Program-made: the position numbers and the translations under genes
Assembly: GCA_046350815.1 (NCBI GenBank)
Contig: JAXLZO010000001.1
Location: 240,001 to 272,000, forward strand
Direction of reading: 5' to 3'
Origin: Candidatus Saccharimonadota bacterium
Lineage (GTDB): Bacteria; Patescibacteriota; Gracilibacteria; BD1-5; UBA2023
DNA length: 32,000 nucleotides
The notes under the pieces: model-generated
The model's input: the letters and a program-made list of their open reading frames with translations, nothing else
Told to the model about the DNA's origin: nothing
Databases searched by the model: none
Shown: positions 12,136 to 21,701 of the stretch, one piece after another
Layout of the letters: each line of letters starts with the position of its first letter
How positions within the stretch are numbered: position 1 is the first letter of the stretch

Positions 12136-12537
12136 ATGTCAAATAATACTCATACCAAAATTAACAGATTGCGAGCCTTATTAAATGACTGAGATATTAA
12201 ACAATATCAACTTAATTCGATTCTAATGGATATAGTGCGCATTACATCTTGTGAGGAGTTCAATGTATCAATTCAAACAAAGGTAATCGACAAAATCCAA
12301 ATTCTTTTATCAGGGGATTATTATATATATGAGTTAGCAGCATGTGTATCAGATCTTAATATATTACTTGAGAATATTCTTGAGATTAATATTGCAGCAG
12401 AAAATAGTTTTAGTGACCAGTGGGATGATGAAGGGTATTTTGAAAATGAAAGAAGGTGTAAGCATAGTGAATATTGATTTTCATGCATGGAATTATTTCC
12501 TGATGAGGATGACTGGTGTAGTGCTTGCCGTAATTAG
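12136..12537 (+). CDS. Hypothetical acidic protein, 133 aa, C-terminal CxxC
   Basis: Runs from ATG 12136 to TAG 12535-12537 and contains track ORF 12226..12477 plus 2 TGA. The C-terminus reads ...SDQWDDEGYFENERRCKHSEY[G]FSCMELFPDEDDWCSACRN. It lies 23 nt after the MotB-like gene. Confidence 0.55.
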
Positions 12538-12546
12538 TTTATCTTT

Positions 12547-13299
12547 GGGTCTAAACCAGTTGACAGGATAAATTATCCCATAAACTTGGCTCTATGATCA
12601 GTAAAACTACCTATAGGAAAAAATCACGAATTTGAGATGCAAAAATAAGAGAAATTGTGAAATATTTTTCTCTGGATTTTACTTCAGATAAAACAGCGGT
12701 ATTAACAGGTCTCAATCCAAAAACAACACAGGATTGGTATAGATATATCAGAAAGGCGATAGCCTTTCTCTGTGAGAGAGAAAAGAATGAAATATGGACT
12801 GGAAATGTTGAGATAGATGAGAGTTACTTCTGACCAACAAGAGTCCGATGAAAGAGAGGAAGGTGAGCTGGTATGAAGACAATAGTCTTTGGTTTACTCA
12901 AAAGAAACTGAAAAGTATATACTGAGATAGTTCCTGATGTAAAAGCAAGGACTCTCGTGCCAATCATTCGATGAAAACTTCGTATAGAAGAGTCTGAGAT
13001 TAACAGTGATGGATGGTGAGCTTATGATGGGCTTGTAGATATTGGATATGAGAAACACTACCGTGTTCATCACGGAGCAAATGAATTTGCAAGATGAACT
13101 CAACACATTAATTGAATAGAGTCATTTTGGAGTTATACCAAAAGAAGACTCTCTCAATTCAATGGAATCAAGAAAGTCTACTTCTACTATTTTTTGAAAG
13201 AATCTGAATTCAGATATAATTGTCGTATTCAATGAAAAGATATTTATAAGGAAGTGCTAAAGTTACTTCGTCAATATAACCCGTAACTGGTTTAGACCC
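12547..13299 (+). mobile_element. IS1595-family insertion sequence, type B, copy 1 (753 bp)
   Basis: Inverted repeats are GGGTCTAAACCAGTT (12547-12561) and AACTGGTTTAGACCC (13285-13299). The 7-bp direct repeat TATCTTT flanks it (12540-12546 and 13300-13306). By eye it is identical to 28232-28984. Confidence 0.92.
12594..13286 (+). CDS. IS1595-family transposase, 230 aa, 10 TGA read as Gly
   Basis: Sequence MISKTTYRKKSRI[G]DAK...VEIDESYF[G]PTRVR[G]KRGR[G]AGMKTIVFGLLKRN[G]KVYTEIV...NSDGW[G]AYDGL...HYRVHHG...HIN[G]IESFWSYTKRRL. TGA falls on the family's conserved Gly positions. Confidence 0.92.
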
Positions 13300-13316
13300 T
13301 ATCTTTAATATATTGT

Positions 13317-14762
13317 ATGGTCCCACATTCATTTACAGTTGAAGTCATAATTGGTCTCCTGTGTGTATTCTTCGTTACGTTTTTTGTATGGCTTCTCAAG
13401 AGAGATAAAAATCTCATCACCATGACAGGTATATTATGTACTTTTGGTGGTATTATTTACGCACTTCTAGGTTTGGACACAGTGAATATATCTGGAAGTA
13501 TGCCGAAACTACTTAATGGGCTTTCAGTCGCATTTATTCCATCTGCTCTTGCGATAGCTATTACGATTTTTTGGAATCTCTTCTTTGAGAAAAATGAGAC
13601 GGAATCGGGAAAGTGAACTGATGATTTACTGAAAGATATATCATCCAAGATGAGTGAGCTTATTGAGAAACAAAAAACTCTTGAGAATCTTCCATTGATC
13701 CGAGAGGAACTAACAAAAGAACAAGATATAAATATTTCTCTCTTGAAATGAGTACAAGATATGCTCGAAGCACAAAGAGAAATCAAAGAATCAAATGAAA
13801 AGAATTTTTGAGAGACAATAAACAGCATAAAGACATTGGAAATGCTGCCAAAAATACACAAAGAACTCGAATCTATCAATACACATATTTGATGAAACGA
13901 TAACATAAGCTTACTTAATGGAGTACAACAATTGCAAAGTTCGATGAATGAAAAGCAAGATGACTTGAAAAAATCGTTCGATGAGTTTGCCCGAGAAATG
14001 TCTGAAAATAACATGAAAGCACTCACAGAAAGTATGCAACAATTTATGGAAGATTTCAACGCAAAGATTAACGATCAATTGTGACAAAGCTTCCAAGATC
14101 TTAAGAGCTCCATTGATCATCTTCTTGAGTGGCAAGCGCAATACAAAGTTAATATTATAACTTCTATGGAAGCACTCAATCTCTCAAAGGAATCGCTTGA
14201 AAGATCTAGCAAGGGATTTGAGATTACAGTTGAAAAATCAGAAACATTTATAGGTGTTGCTGACTCTCTTAAGAACGAATTACACTCTTTAAACGAGAGT
14301 CTCATTCTTCTCAAATCTGGACTGAATGAATTTGATGCTATTGCTAAAAATAACAAGGAGGCAAGCCAGAAGATAATTGAATCAATAGATGTATTGAAAA
14401 ATAATTTCGTATCCAAAGCAGAAGTTATAGTTGAGGAGAGCGAAAAACATATCAGCAATATGCAGACTACCTTTGCAACTCAAGCAAAGAATTTAACAGA
14501 GACACACCAAGATATACTCCAAGATTTGAAAAATAATGTAGACAATACGAACAAGAATGTATCTGAACAGTTTGAGGAAATTGGAAAAAATCTTGAGAAA
14601 CAAACAGAGAAATTAGGAGAACGAACCCTACAGCTCGATAATGATATAGGAGAAGCTCTCAATAAATCTCTTGATAGTTTATGAAGCGAACTTACTTCTA
14701 TTACGGAAAAATTTACAGAACAATTAGCGAGATTGAATTCTATTTTACAAACAAAAGAATAA
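13317..14762 (+). CDS. MotA/ExbB/TolQ-like channel protein with a coiled-coil tail of about 380 aa (ZorA-like), 481 aa
   Basis: I verified the frame triplet by triplet across 7 TGA, joining track ORFs 13317..13616 and 14166..14684; the stop is TAA 14760-14762. TM segments GILCTFGGIIYALLGL...LLNGLSVAFIPSALAIAITIFWNLFF resemble the MotA/ExbB signature. The remainder is E/K/L/N/Q-rich helical sequence with only two prolines. Confidence 0.7.
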
Positions 14763-14765
14763 TAG

Positions 14766-15503
14766 ATGCAACTACTGGATTTTCACACCTCCTGACTGTC
14801 TGAACTAAGAAAGAGAATAGGAGCCGATTTATTAGATTACAAAGCAATTCCTTGGGAGCCACGGCAGGCAAGCATAGTACCCGTGAATCCAAGTAGTATT
14901 CAAATCAATTCCTTAGATAATACAATTACTAACAATGATAATGAAAGGATTGTAGTATATATACGAGATATTATACCTTATGAATGAAAACATAAAGATA
15001 CAAAAATACATTTCTACGAATGTGATACTATTAGAACCTTTATGGAAAAAGGTAAACAAAGATTTGTTGGAGCTTACACACAAACATGAAAGCTGGAAGT
15101 ATGCTATATGTGAACAGATGAACAAGTAGAAAAGCAACTGGGCGTATGTAGTAATTGTTTAAAAGAAGCTCGAGAAAATAAATATATTCCATTCGAATTA
15201 CTCAACCCCTTTTCCCTTAAAAAATACTTTGATTTCTATGAATATTACAGAAATCGAGTCAAAAATCCTAAATATAATTTTCTCACCATTACAAAAAATC
15301 AATATCCAGCTAATTGGGAAGAAATATCAAAGCATGAGAGGCAAAAAGTAGACTGGGTATGTCAGGATTGTGGAAAGGATTATAAGAATAATAAGGGGGA
15401 ATTGCATGTACATCATAAAGATCATAACAAATGAAATAATTTTTCCGATAATTTTGAGGTGTTATGTTACGATTGTCATGCTAAACATCATAAACATATG
15501 TAG
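14766..15503 (+). CDS. HNH endonuclease-domain protein (ZorE-like), 245 aa
   Basis: The ATG lies 3 nt after the preceding stop. I verified the frame; it has 5 TGA and ends at TAG 15501-15503. The C-terminal HNH motif is WVCQDCGKDYKNNKGELHVHHKDHNK[G]NNFSDNFEVLCYDCHAKHH. Confidence 0.8.
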
Positions 15504-15621
15504 CAACGATCGTTTTCATCTGATGTACCCGTACGAATCATCTTGACTTTCACTACTTCCAGATAGACTGTCCAGTATTATCTATTTCAAACGGAGCCGA
15601 GAGGCTTTTTCATTTTTATTT

Positions 15622-15903
15622 TATGAACAAGACAAAAATTATTGCCACTATCAATGATGGCACCGAAGATGAACAATTTCTGGAAGATCTCTATGATCGT
15701 TGAGTTCGAATTCTACGGTTCAACTTTTCCCATGGGGACGCCAATAAAGTTCGTCACGTCATGAGTCTCATTGCCAATATTGCCAGTCGTGGCAAATATC
15801 TTTCTACCGTTCTCGATACCAAATGAATCGAGATTCGCACAGGAAAAGTTGATCAAAAGATTCAATTTTATAAATGAGATCATATAAAACTCGTTACGGA
15901 TAA
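15622..15903 (+). CDS. pyk: Pyruvate kinase, N-terminal fragment (frameshifted gene)
   Basis: MNKTKIIATINDG...DR[G]VRILRFNFSHGD...VLDTK[G]IEIRTGK...KLVTD, then TAA at 15901-15903. PK homology continues in the +1 frame. Confidence 0.85.
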
Positions 15904-15961
15904 TGCTGATGTATCAGGGGAGAAATCTCTTTTTATCGATTATCCTTATCTCAGTGAAGAT

Positions 15962-17050
15962 GTGAATATTGGACAACGCATCGAGATAGACTCAGGTGTT
16001 TTTCATGTGCGAGTCATTGCGAAAAAAGGAAGTATTACTATAGTAGAGGCTGAAAATGATGCACTCATAGGATCAAATCGTCATGTAAATCTACCAGGTG
16101 TAAAGCTCAGACTTCCATCGCTTACCGAGAAAGATAAAACCGATCTTCTCTTTGCTATAGAAGCAGGCATGGATTTTATCGCTGCGAGTTTTGTACGCAA
16201 TCGTCAAAATGTAGTGGACATACGTGAATTCCTCGATCAGAACGGTGGAGAGAATATTAAAATATGTTCAAAAATTGAGAATCAAGAGGCGATCGAAAAT
16301 CTTGATGAGATTATTCTCATATCGGATGGAGTAATGGTAGCACGTGGAGATCTCGGTATTGAGGTGCCCATGATCAGTCTTCCAATGTATCAGCGACGTA
16401 TCGTAAAGTCTTGTCGTGAGCAAGGGAAATTTGTCATCGTAGCAACTCATATGCTCAAATCTATGACGGATGCACCAACTCCAACGCGAGCAGAAGTATC
16501 TGATGTTTTCAATGCAGTGTTACAAAAAACTGATACGACCATGCTGTCGGAAGAGACGGCTATTGGCTCATACAAACTCGAGGCAGTTGAAGCGATGAGA
16601 GACATCACAACGGAGGCTGAAAATAGTCTCGAATACGGACATCCCGATTATGAAAGTAGTAATATCAGCGAGCGTGACAAAGAGAAGAAATACCTTATTC
16701 GTTCAGCCCTCCGTCTCGCAGAAGATCTTGGTATCACCAATATTCTTCTCTTTACAAGAACTGGTCGTCTGGCACGCTTTGCCGCAGCGTATCGTCCGAG
16801 TCACCTCATTCATGCTTTTACTGGAAATATACAAACATTACGATATACAAATATTCTCTTTGGAATTGATCCGAATCTCCTCCCAAATTGGTGAAGCCAT
16901 GAATCAAATCTCTGGAATGCTATTGAAACACTCCAGAAAAATGGAACTATTAAAACGAACGAGAAAATTATTGCTATTACTGATATTGAGCGAAATGAAG
17001 AAGAAATCCCAAGTCTTGAAATTATTGATCTAAGTAAAATAAAAAAATAA
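15962..17050 (+). CDS. pyk: Pyruvate kinase, main body (GTG 15962 is the first start codon; homology begins at 15902)
   Basis: Motifs NLPGVKLRLPSLTEKDKTDL, DFIAASFVRN, ISKIENQEAIENLDEI, DGVMVARGDLGIEVP and MLSEETAIGSYKLEAV are present. The frame continues through TGA 16892 to TAA 17048-17050. Confidence 0.9.
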
Positions 17051-17069
17051 CCTTATAAGGTTATTTTTT
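17047..17069. terminator. Bidirectional hairpin terminator between convergent genes
   Basis: A-run, then ATAACCTT (17047-17054) pairing with AAGGTTAT (17057-17064), then a T-run. It sits between the pyk stop and the stop of the reverse-strand kinase-like gene. Confidence 0.55.
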
Positions 17070-17936
17070 CTTTGCTGTAGTTACTATTTCAGCTTTCTTA
17101 AGAGATTTTACATGCTTATCAACCTTGATCACTTCACCAGTTCGAGTCTTATCTGTGACTTTTTCCACCATAATTTTACTATCAAGGTAGTCTAAGAGTG
17201 ACTTCGTAATATCCTTGGCAATATGACGCTTCTTGCCTTCAGCATTGAGTGTAAGAACTTGTTTTTTATCCTTATAGATACGAGCATAATTCTCAACAAT
17301 ATTCTTTTGAGCGATATGAATCATTTTTCTCTTGTCCTTTCGAGTAAGTTTGTCACCTGTATCAGAATAGACAAGATTATTGATGAGATGAAGTGTGAGG
17401 ATAGAACAATGTGTCTTGAGGCTACCGCTACGTACCATATCAGCTCGCTCATAGATACGATCAAGAGTTTCCTTGAGAGGAACATCCATATAGACGGTAA
17501 GTGCTTTGTCAAAAACCTCTTTATAGAGACCATTTGCAAACCAGAGAAGTCATTTTCGAATCTTCTCTTCAGAAATCCCAAGCATCATACCACGTACAAC
17601 GATCGTCTCAAGACCTCGCTCAAGAAGCACCACCTCACCACGAGAGAGTGCTGGAATAATCTCACGCTCGAGTCGATAGACAAGATCAGCAACTTGAAGA
17701 ATAAGATTTGCTTCGGAAGTAATCATAAGCTCAATTTTCTTTGCAGCCTCATTTGACTGAAGAAATGGACCAATAAATGGAGCATCCTTCCAACTTGAAA
17801 CCGTAACCTTGAATCCTTGTTTCTTGAGACTTCGAGAAAGTTTTGCAATTTGTGTTGATTTACCACATCCATCTGCCCCTTCAAAAACAACAAGGGTACC
17901 TGAGAGATCTTTGACGGAAGAAATATTTGCTTTCAT
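17061..17936 (-). CDS. Thymidylate-kinase-like P-loop kinase, divergent, 291 aa
   Basis: Fragments 17550..17936 and 17061..17489 share one frame and join through a single TGA. The P-loop is LVVFEGADGCGKSTQ. The position of the Tmk DRY motif reads LLERGLET. The protein is longer than I recall typical Tmk to be (roughly 210 aa). Confidence 0.65.
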
Positions 17937-17966
17937 ATATATTTGTATTTATTTGATAGATTGAGG

Positions 17967-18725
17967 TTAGACTGCTGCAGCTGTCATCGCAGATCCAAGA
18001 GAAACATGATATTTTTTCTTGAAGTACTCAGCTGTGATGCGAATAACATCAGGAGTGGTCTCATAAACCGGCTTTGTACCATCAATAATATGAAGATGGT
18101 CACTCTGTGCAGCTTGGTCATATCCAGCAATAACTCGAGTTTGGAATTGCATAAAGCTATCAATGATATTATCAGAAAATGACATATCCATACCAGCTTC
18201 ATACCACTTGAGTGGGTTACGTCCAATGGCACGTTTAGCAGCTACGTCAACTGGAAGTTGGAAGTAGAATGCAAGGTCAGGCTTTGGGAAGAAGATATCA
18301 TAGAATGCACGTTGATCATCCACATTGAGTCCACGAGCATATCCACGAGCGAGTGCTGTATACATATAACGATCACAGAGCACTACCATACCAGCAGCAA
18401 GTTTTCCTTTAATTTCAGTGATATATCGCTCCATAAAGTCTGCGGCAAATACGAGATCAAATACAACCGCAGGACAATGAGGATCTCGCTTCTTGATTTC
18501 TTTACCAAGGGGCTTGATAAGGAGATTCGAATTCCATTCGGTATGGTGACAGAAAAACCCATTCGCTTCGAGGAGTTTCTGAAGAATAATAAGTTGTGTG
18601 GATTTACCGGATCCATCACATCCCTCAACAATAATGAGTGTGCCTGGACGCTCAGAAGTAGGGAAAAACGTTGCAACCGGTTCGCTCTTGGCTACAGCTT
18701 TTGTATTGGTATTTTTATGTGCCAT
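17967..18725 (-). CDS. tmk: Thymidylate kinase family protein, 252 aa
   Basis: This is an intact ORF with no TGA. Motifs are LIIVEGCDGSGKSTQ (P-loop) and VLCDRYMYTALARG (DRY/S..AY region). Confidence 0.7.
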   Translation of the reverse strand: MAHKNTNTKAVAKSEPVATFFPTSERPGTLIIVEGCDGSGKSTQLIILQKLLEANGFFCHHTEWNSNLLIKPLGKEIKKRDPHCPAVVFDLVFAADFMERYITEIKGKLAAGMVVLCDRYMYTALARGYARGLNVDDQRAFYDIFFPKPDLAFYFQLPVDVAAKRAIGRNPLKWYEAGMDMSFSDNIIDSFMQFQTRVIAGYDQAAQSDHLHIIDGTKPVYETTPDVIRITAEYFKKKYHVSLGSAMTAAAV

Positions 18726-18827
18726 ATGTTTGATAAAGAAAGGTACAAACAGAGATTAGCATTCTTTTGCAAAAAAAACAAAAAAATGAATAAACATTCA
18801 TTTGCCATATTCAAAATTTTAGTCCAA

Positions 18828-18852
18828 TAAAAAAACTTCTCGCATAGAGAAG
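18828..18852 (-). terminator. Rho-independent terminator downstream of the ABC permease gene
   Basis: Stem CTTCTC (18836-18841) pairs with GAGAAG (18847-18852). The A-run at 18828-18835 on the + strand is the T-run following the hairpin on the - strand. Confidence 0.5.
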
Positions 18853-18881
18853 CCAAAAGAATCAATAATTGATATATCAAA

Positions 18882-19658
18882 CTACGAGCGAATTCCGTAA
18901 CCTCGAGAAAGCAAACGAAGAGTGATAACTGTCGTCACTGCAGAAACGATAATCAATCAAGCGAGTGAACTCCAGATTGATACCATAGATGTGTGAGTTT
19001 CACCTAAAAATCCATAACGCAGGAGTGTAATTACCCAAGCAATCGGGTTAAAATAGCTAATAATCTGAGCCCAGTGAGGGAGCATCGCAATCGGATAGAA
19101 TATTCATCCAAGATAGGAGAGTGGTGTAAGGAAAAAAGTTGGAATAATGGAGACTTGATCAAAAGTTTTTGCGAAAAGAGCATTGATAAATCAAAGAGCA
19201 CTGAAGAAATAAGCAAGGAGGGAAATGGTGATAAAAACCATAAACGGATGTACAACAAAATAACCACCAAAAAACAATGACACTACCCAAGTAATGAACG
19301 CAATGATAAAACCGCGAACCATTCATCCAACCACATGACCGAGGAATAAAGTGGCAGGATGTGTCGGAGATATGAGAAATTCCTCCATGGAGCGAGAAAA
19401 TTTACTTCCAAACAATGAACTCACAACATTCGAATATGTATTCGTAATCACTCACATAGCGACAAGTCACGGCATGAGAAAAGTCGCATATGAAACTCAT
19501 CAAGAAAACGAAATATTTGACCCGACAACTCCACCAAAGATGACAAAATAGAGTGATTGATTGAGAATAGGTGGTATAATTGTCTGTGTCCAGATACGAA
19601 ATATACGGGTCAGTTCGCGACGTGCAATCGTCTGAAAAATAATATATTGTGTGTACAT
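18882..19658 (-). CDS. ABC-2 type transporter permease, 258 aa
   Basis: ATG 19656-19658 to TAG 18882-18884 with 8 TGA. Sequence MYTQYIIFQTIARRELTRIFRIWTQTIIPPILNQSLYFVIFGG...FLISPTHPATLFLGHVVG[G]MVRG...; the hydrophobic six-helix pattern is typical of ABC-2 permeases. Confidence 0.85.
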
Positions 19659-19661
19659 AAA

Positions 19662-20564
19662 TTATCAAAGATGAGAAAAGAGGGCTTCCAAACGATTTTT
19701 TTCTGGTCGTATGCCCGTCACACGACACTCTTGAATTTCAAGAATTCGAAGTGCGTGCATGAGAGAGAACTTTGGATCTATCGTGACAAGATAGGCGCGT
19801 TCTTTCTCCAAATAGACAAAATGTTCATCGAGTACATCTCTACTTTTTTGTGCGACTTCCATACGATATACTTCTTCGCCAAGAGAATCAAGCATCTCGC
19901 GAACAGTCGTATCATGAATCTTTGTCCCATGTCGAAGCATCACCACTCTTTCAGCAAATCTCTCAACCTCCTCAAGATAATGAGTAGTAAGAATAACGGT
20001 AATCCCCTCATCGACTCGAAGTTTCTCGACAAATTGCCAAATAATTTCTCGTTGTTCGACATCGACTCAGGCAGTCGGCTCATCAAGTATGAGAAGTCGG
20101 GGGCGATGCATCAGAGCACGTGCAAGCATAAGGCGACGCTTCATGCCACCGGAGAGCATACGTGATTGTTTGTCGCGCTGTTCCGTGAGTCAGAGAGTAG
20201 TAAGAAGCTCGTCTGCTCGGGCTCGAGCTTGCGGTCGGGCTATACCATGATATCCAGCATTATCGAGGAGAATATCATAAACCTTGTCAAAAGCGGCAAG
20301 ATTCACTTCTTGTGGCATAAAACCTATCAGTGATCGCACTTGTTCAGGATGTTCATCAAGATCAACACCAAACACTCTCACACTTCAAGAGGTCTTATTG
20401 ACGAGTCAACCAATAATACCGAGAGTCGTGCTCTTACCAGCACCGTTCGCTCAAAGAAAAGCGGAAAAACCCCCTTCTTCAACACTATAATTCAGACCCT
20501 GAACAACTGGAGTTCAAGCCTTATATTCTTTCACAAGATCAGATATTTCGAGGGCAAGGGTCAT
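19662..20564 (-). CDS. ABC transporter ATP-binding protein (ABC-2/DrrA-like), 300 aa
   Basis: I verified the frame. Walker A is L[G]ANGAGKST, the signature is LSGGMKRRL, and Walker B is LLILDEPTA[G]VD. The gene ends ...FSHL[G] followed by TAA 19662-19664. Confidence 0.92.
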
Positions 20565-20672
20565 AGAGGATTTATTACTTAGATAATCATATTCAATAAC
20601 ACAGAATGACAATATTTAAAATTGAATTCAGTTTGAAAATAAAGATACTTCTTAAAATTAACTAAAATTCTC

Positions 20673-21362
20673 ATGGATATTTTCAAAAACTATCACTCAT
20701 TTGATTATACAAATGGTTTTCCTATTTGCGAGAGGGCTAAGCCCAAGGAATTTCGTGATGAAGTGTTTACGAATTTTTTGTGTGAGCTTCCATCGAGGCT
20801 TTTGGAGTTGCGAAAAGTTATACCACGAGAGATAGTAATGGATTTTAGCTACAAAAGTCTCGAAGAAATCGACAAGTGGTACATACCATTTATATATCAA
20901 TGTTATATTGATGGAATTATCCCTGACTTGCCTGATGGTAAAGAGTGGCATATTGAGAGAGGCTATGAGCATGATGTGGAATCAGGATTATTCAGAATTC
21001 CAATCGAGTTTCGTTCACTCGCATACGATCTTGCTATTTATTTAGTTGAAACACTTCGCCGTATTGCTATGGATGATATTCATTGGGTTATTGGGCATGG
21101 AAAGGTAAACAAAGTTCGAGGGTATGAAGCTGCTGGTCATCCTCGTGCTTGCTCTGAAAAATTCAAAGACTCACAAATGCAATTTAACGATGCTGACAGA
21201 GGATGTATACCTATAACATTCATTATTTTAATGTATACAGGTGGTGTAGCACAAGAAGATGGTAATAAAAAAAGTGGTTTATTGATAAATAGATTTAAAA
21301 ATATATTCAATATATTTGCAGATGACAATGTCCCAGAGTCATTGTTGCACCCGCAATATTAG
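20673..21362 (+). CDS. Hypothetical protein, 229 aa
   Basis: An intact ORF without TGA. I recognise no motif. It is transcribed divergently from the ABC operon. Confidence 0.55.
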   Translation: MDIFKNYHSFDYTNGFPICERAKPKEFRDEVFTNFLCELPSRLLELRKVIPREIVMDFSYKSLEEIDKWYIPFIYQCYIDGIIPDLPDGKEWHIERGYEHDVESGLFRIPIEFRSLAYDLAIYLVETLRRIAMDDIHWVIGHGKVNKVRGYEAAGHPRACSEKFKDSQMQFNDADRGCIPITFIILMYTGGVAQEDGNKKSGLLINRFKNIFNIFADDNVPESLLHPQY

Positions 21363-21386
21363 TGATATTAAACCCATCTATATTTC

Positions 21387-21701
21387 ATGAATTACTTTCT
21401 CATTCTTGTTATTACAGCCCTATTACTCACAGCTTGCATCTCACATCAATCAGTCTTAACTAAGAATATCCCACCCACAGTCATCTATCAAGATGAAGAA
21501 AAGTATGCCGATCTCGATAACCTCACGCAAGCAGGACTTCTCCATACACTGGGTGAAGTTATCATCAAAGATCCCATTATAGGTGGACATGTCCCTCAAA
21601 CGATTGATGGAGACGTCCTTCCAACTATTGCTCATCGAACTGAACTTCGATCTCTCGACTATCGAGACTACAAGCCATGAGTACGGTCAGATATTGTCTA
21701 G
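21387..21701 (+). CDS. Lipoprotein gene, 5' fragment truncated by an IS insertion
   Basis: The signal peptide with lipobox is MNYFLILVITALLLTAC. The frame passes TGA 21678 and ends at a TAG created at the IS junction (GTC TA|G). Confidence 0.7.

Noticed and set aside
13457-14059. 200-aa reverse-strand ORF, S/F/C/I-rich
   Set aside because: It is antisense to the verified ZorA-like coiled-coil frame. Its low-complexity composition is the mirror image of an E/K/L-rich gene, and it has no motifs.
15504-15621. Possible terminator GAGCCGAGAGGCTTTTT after the HNH gene
   Set aside because: The stem is only 4 bp (AGCC/GGCT), too weak to call confidently.
15895-15905. Programmed +1/-1 ribosomal frameshift in pyk
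   Set aside because: There is no slippery heptamer, no upstream SD-like stimulator and no downstream structure. A simple 1-nt indel or an assembly error is more parsimonious.
17223-20165. Long plus-strand ORFs 17223..17756 (177 aa), 18258..18830 (190 aa) and 19557..20165 (202 aa)
   Set aside because: Each is antisense to a reverse-strand gene with clear conserved motifs (Tmk-like P-loops, ABC Walker and signature motifs). Their sequences are compositionally odd and motif-free.
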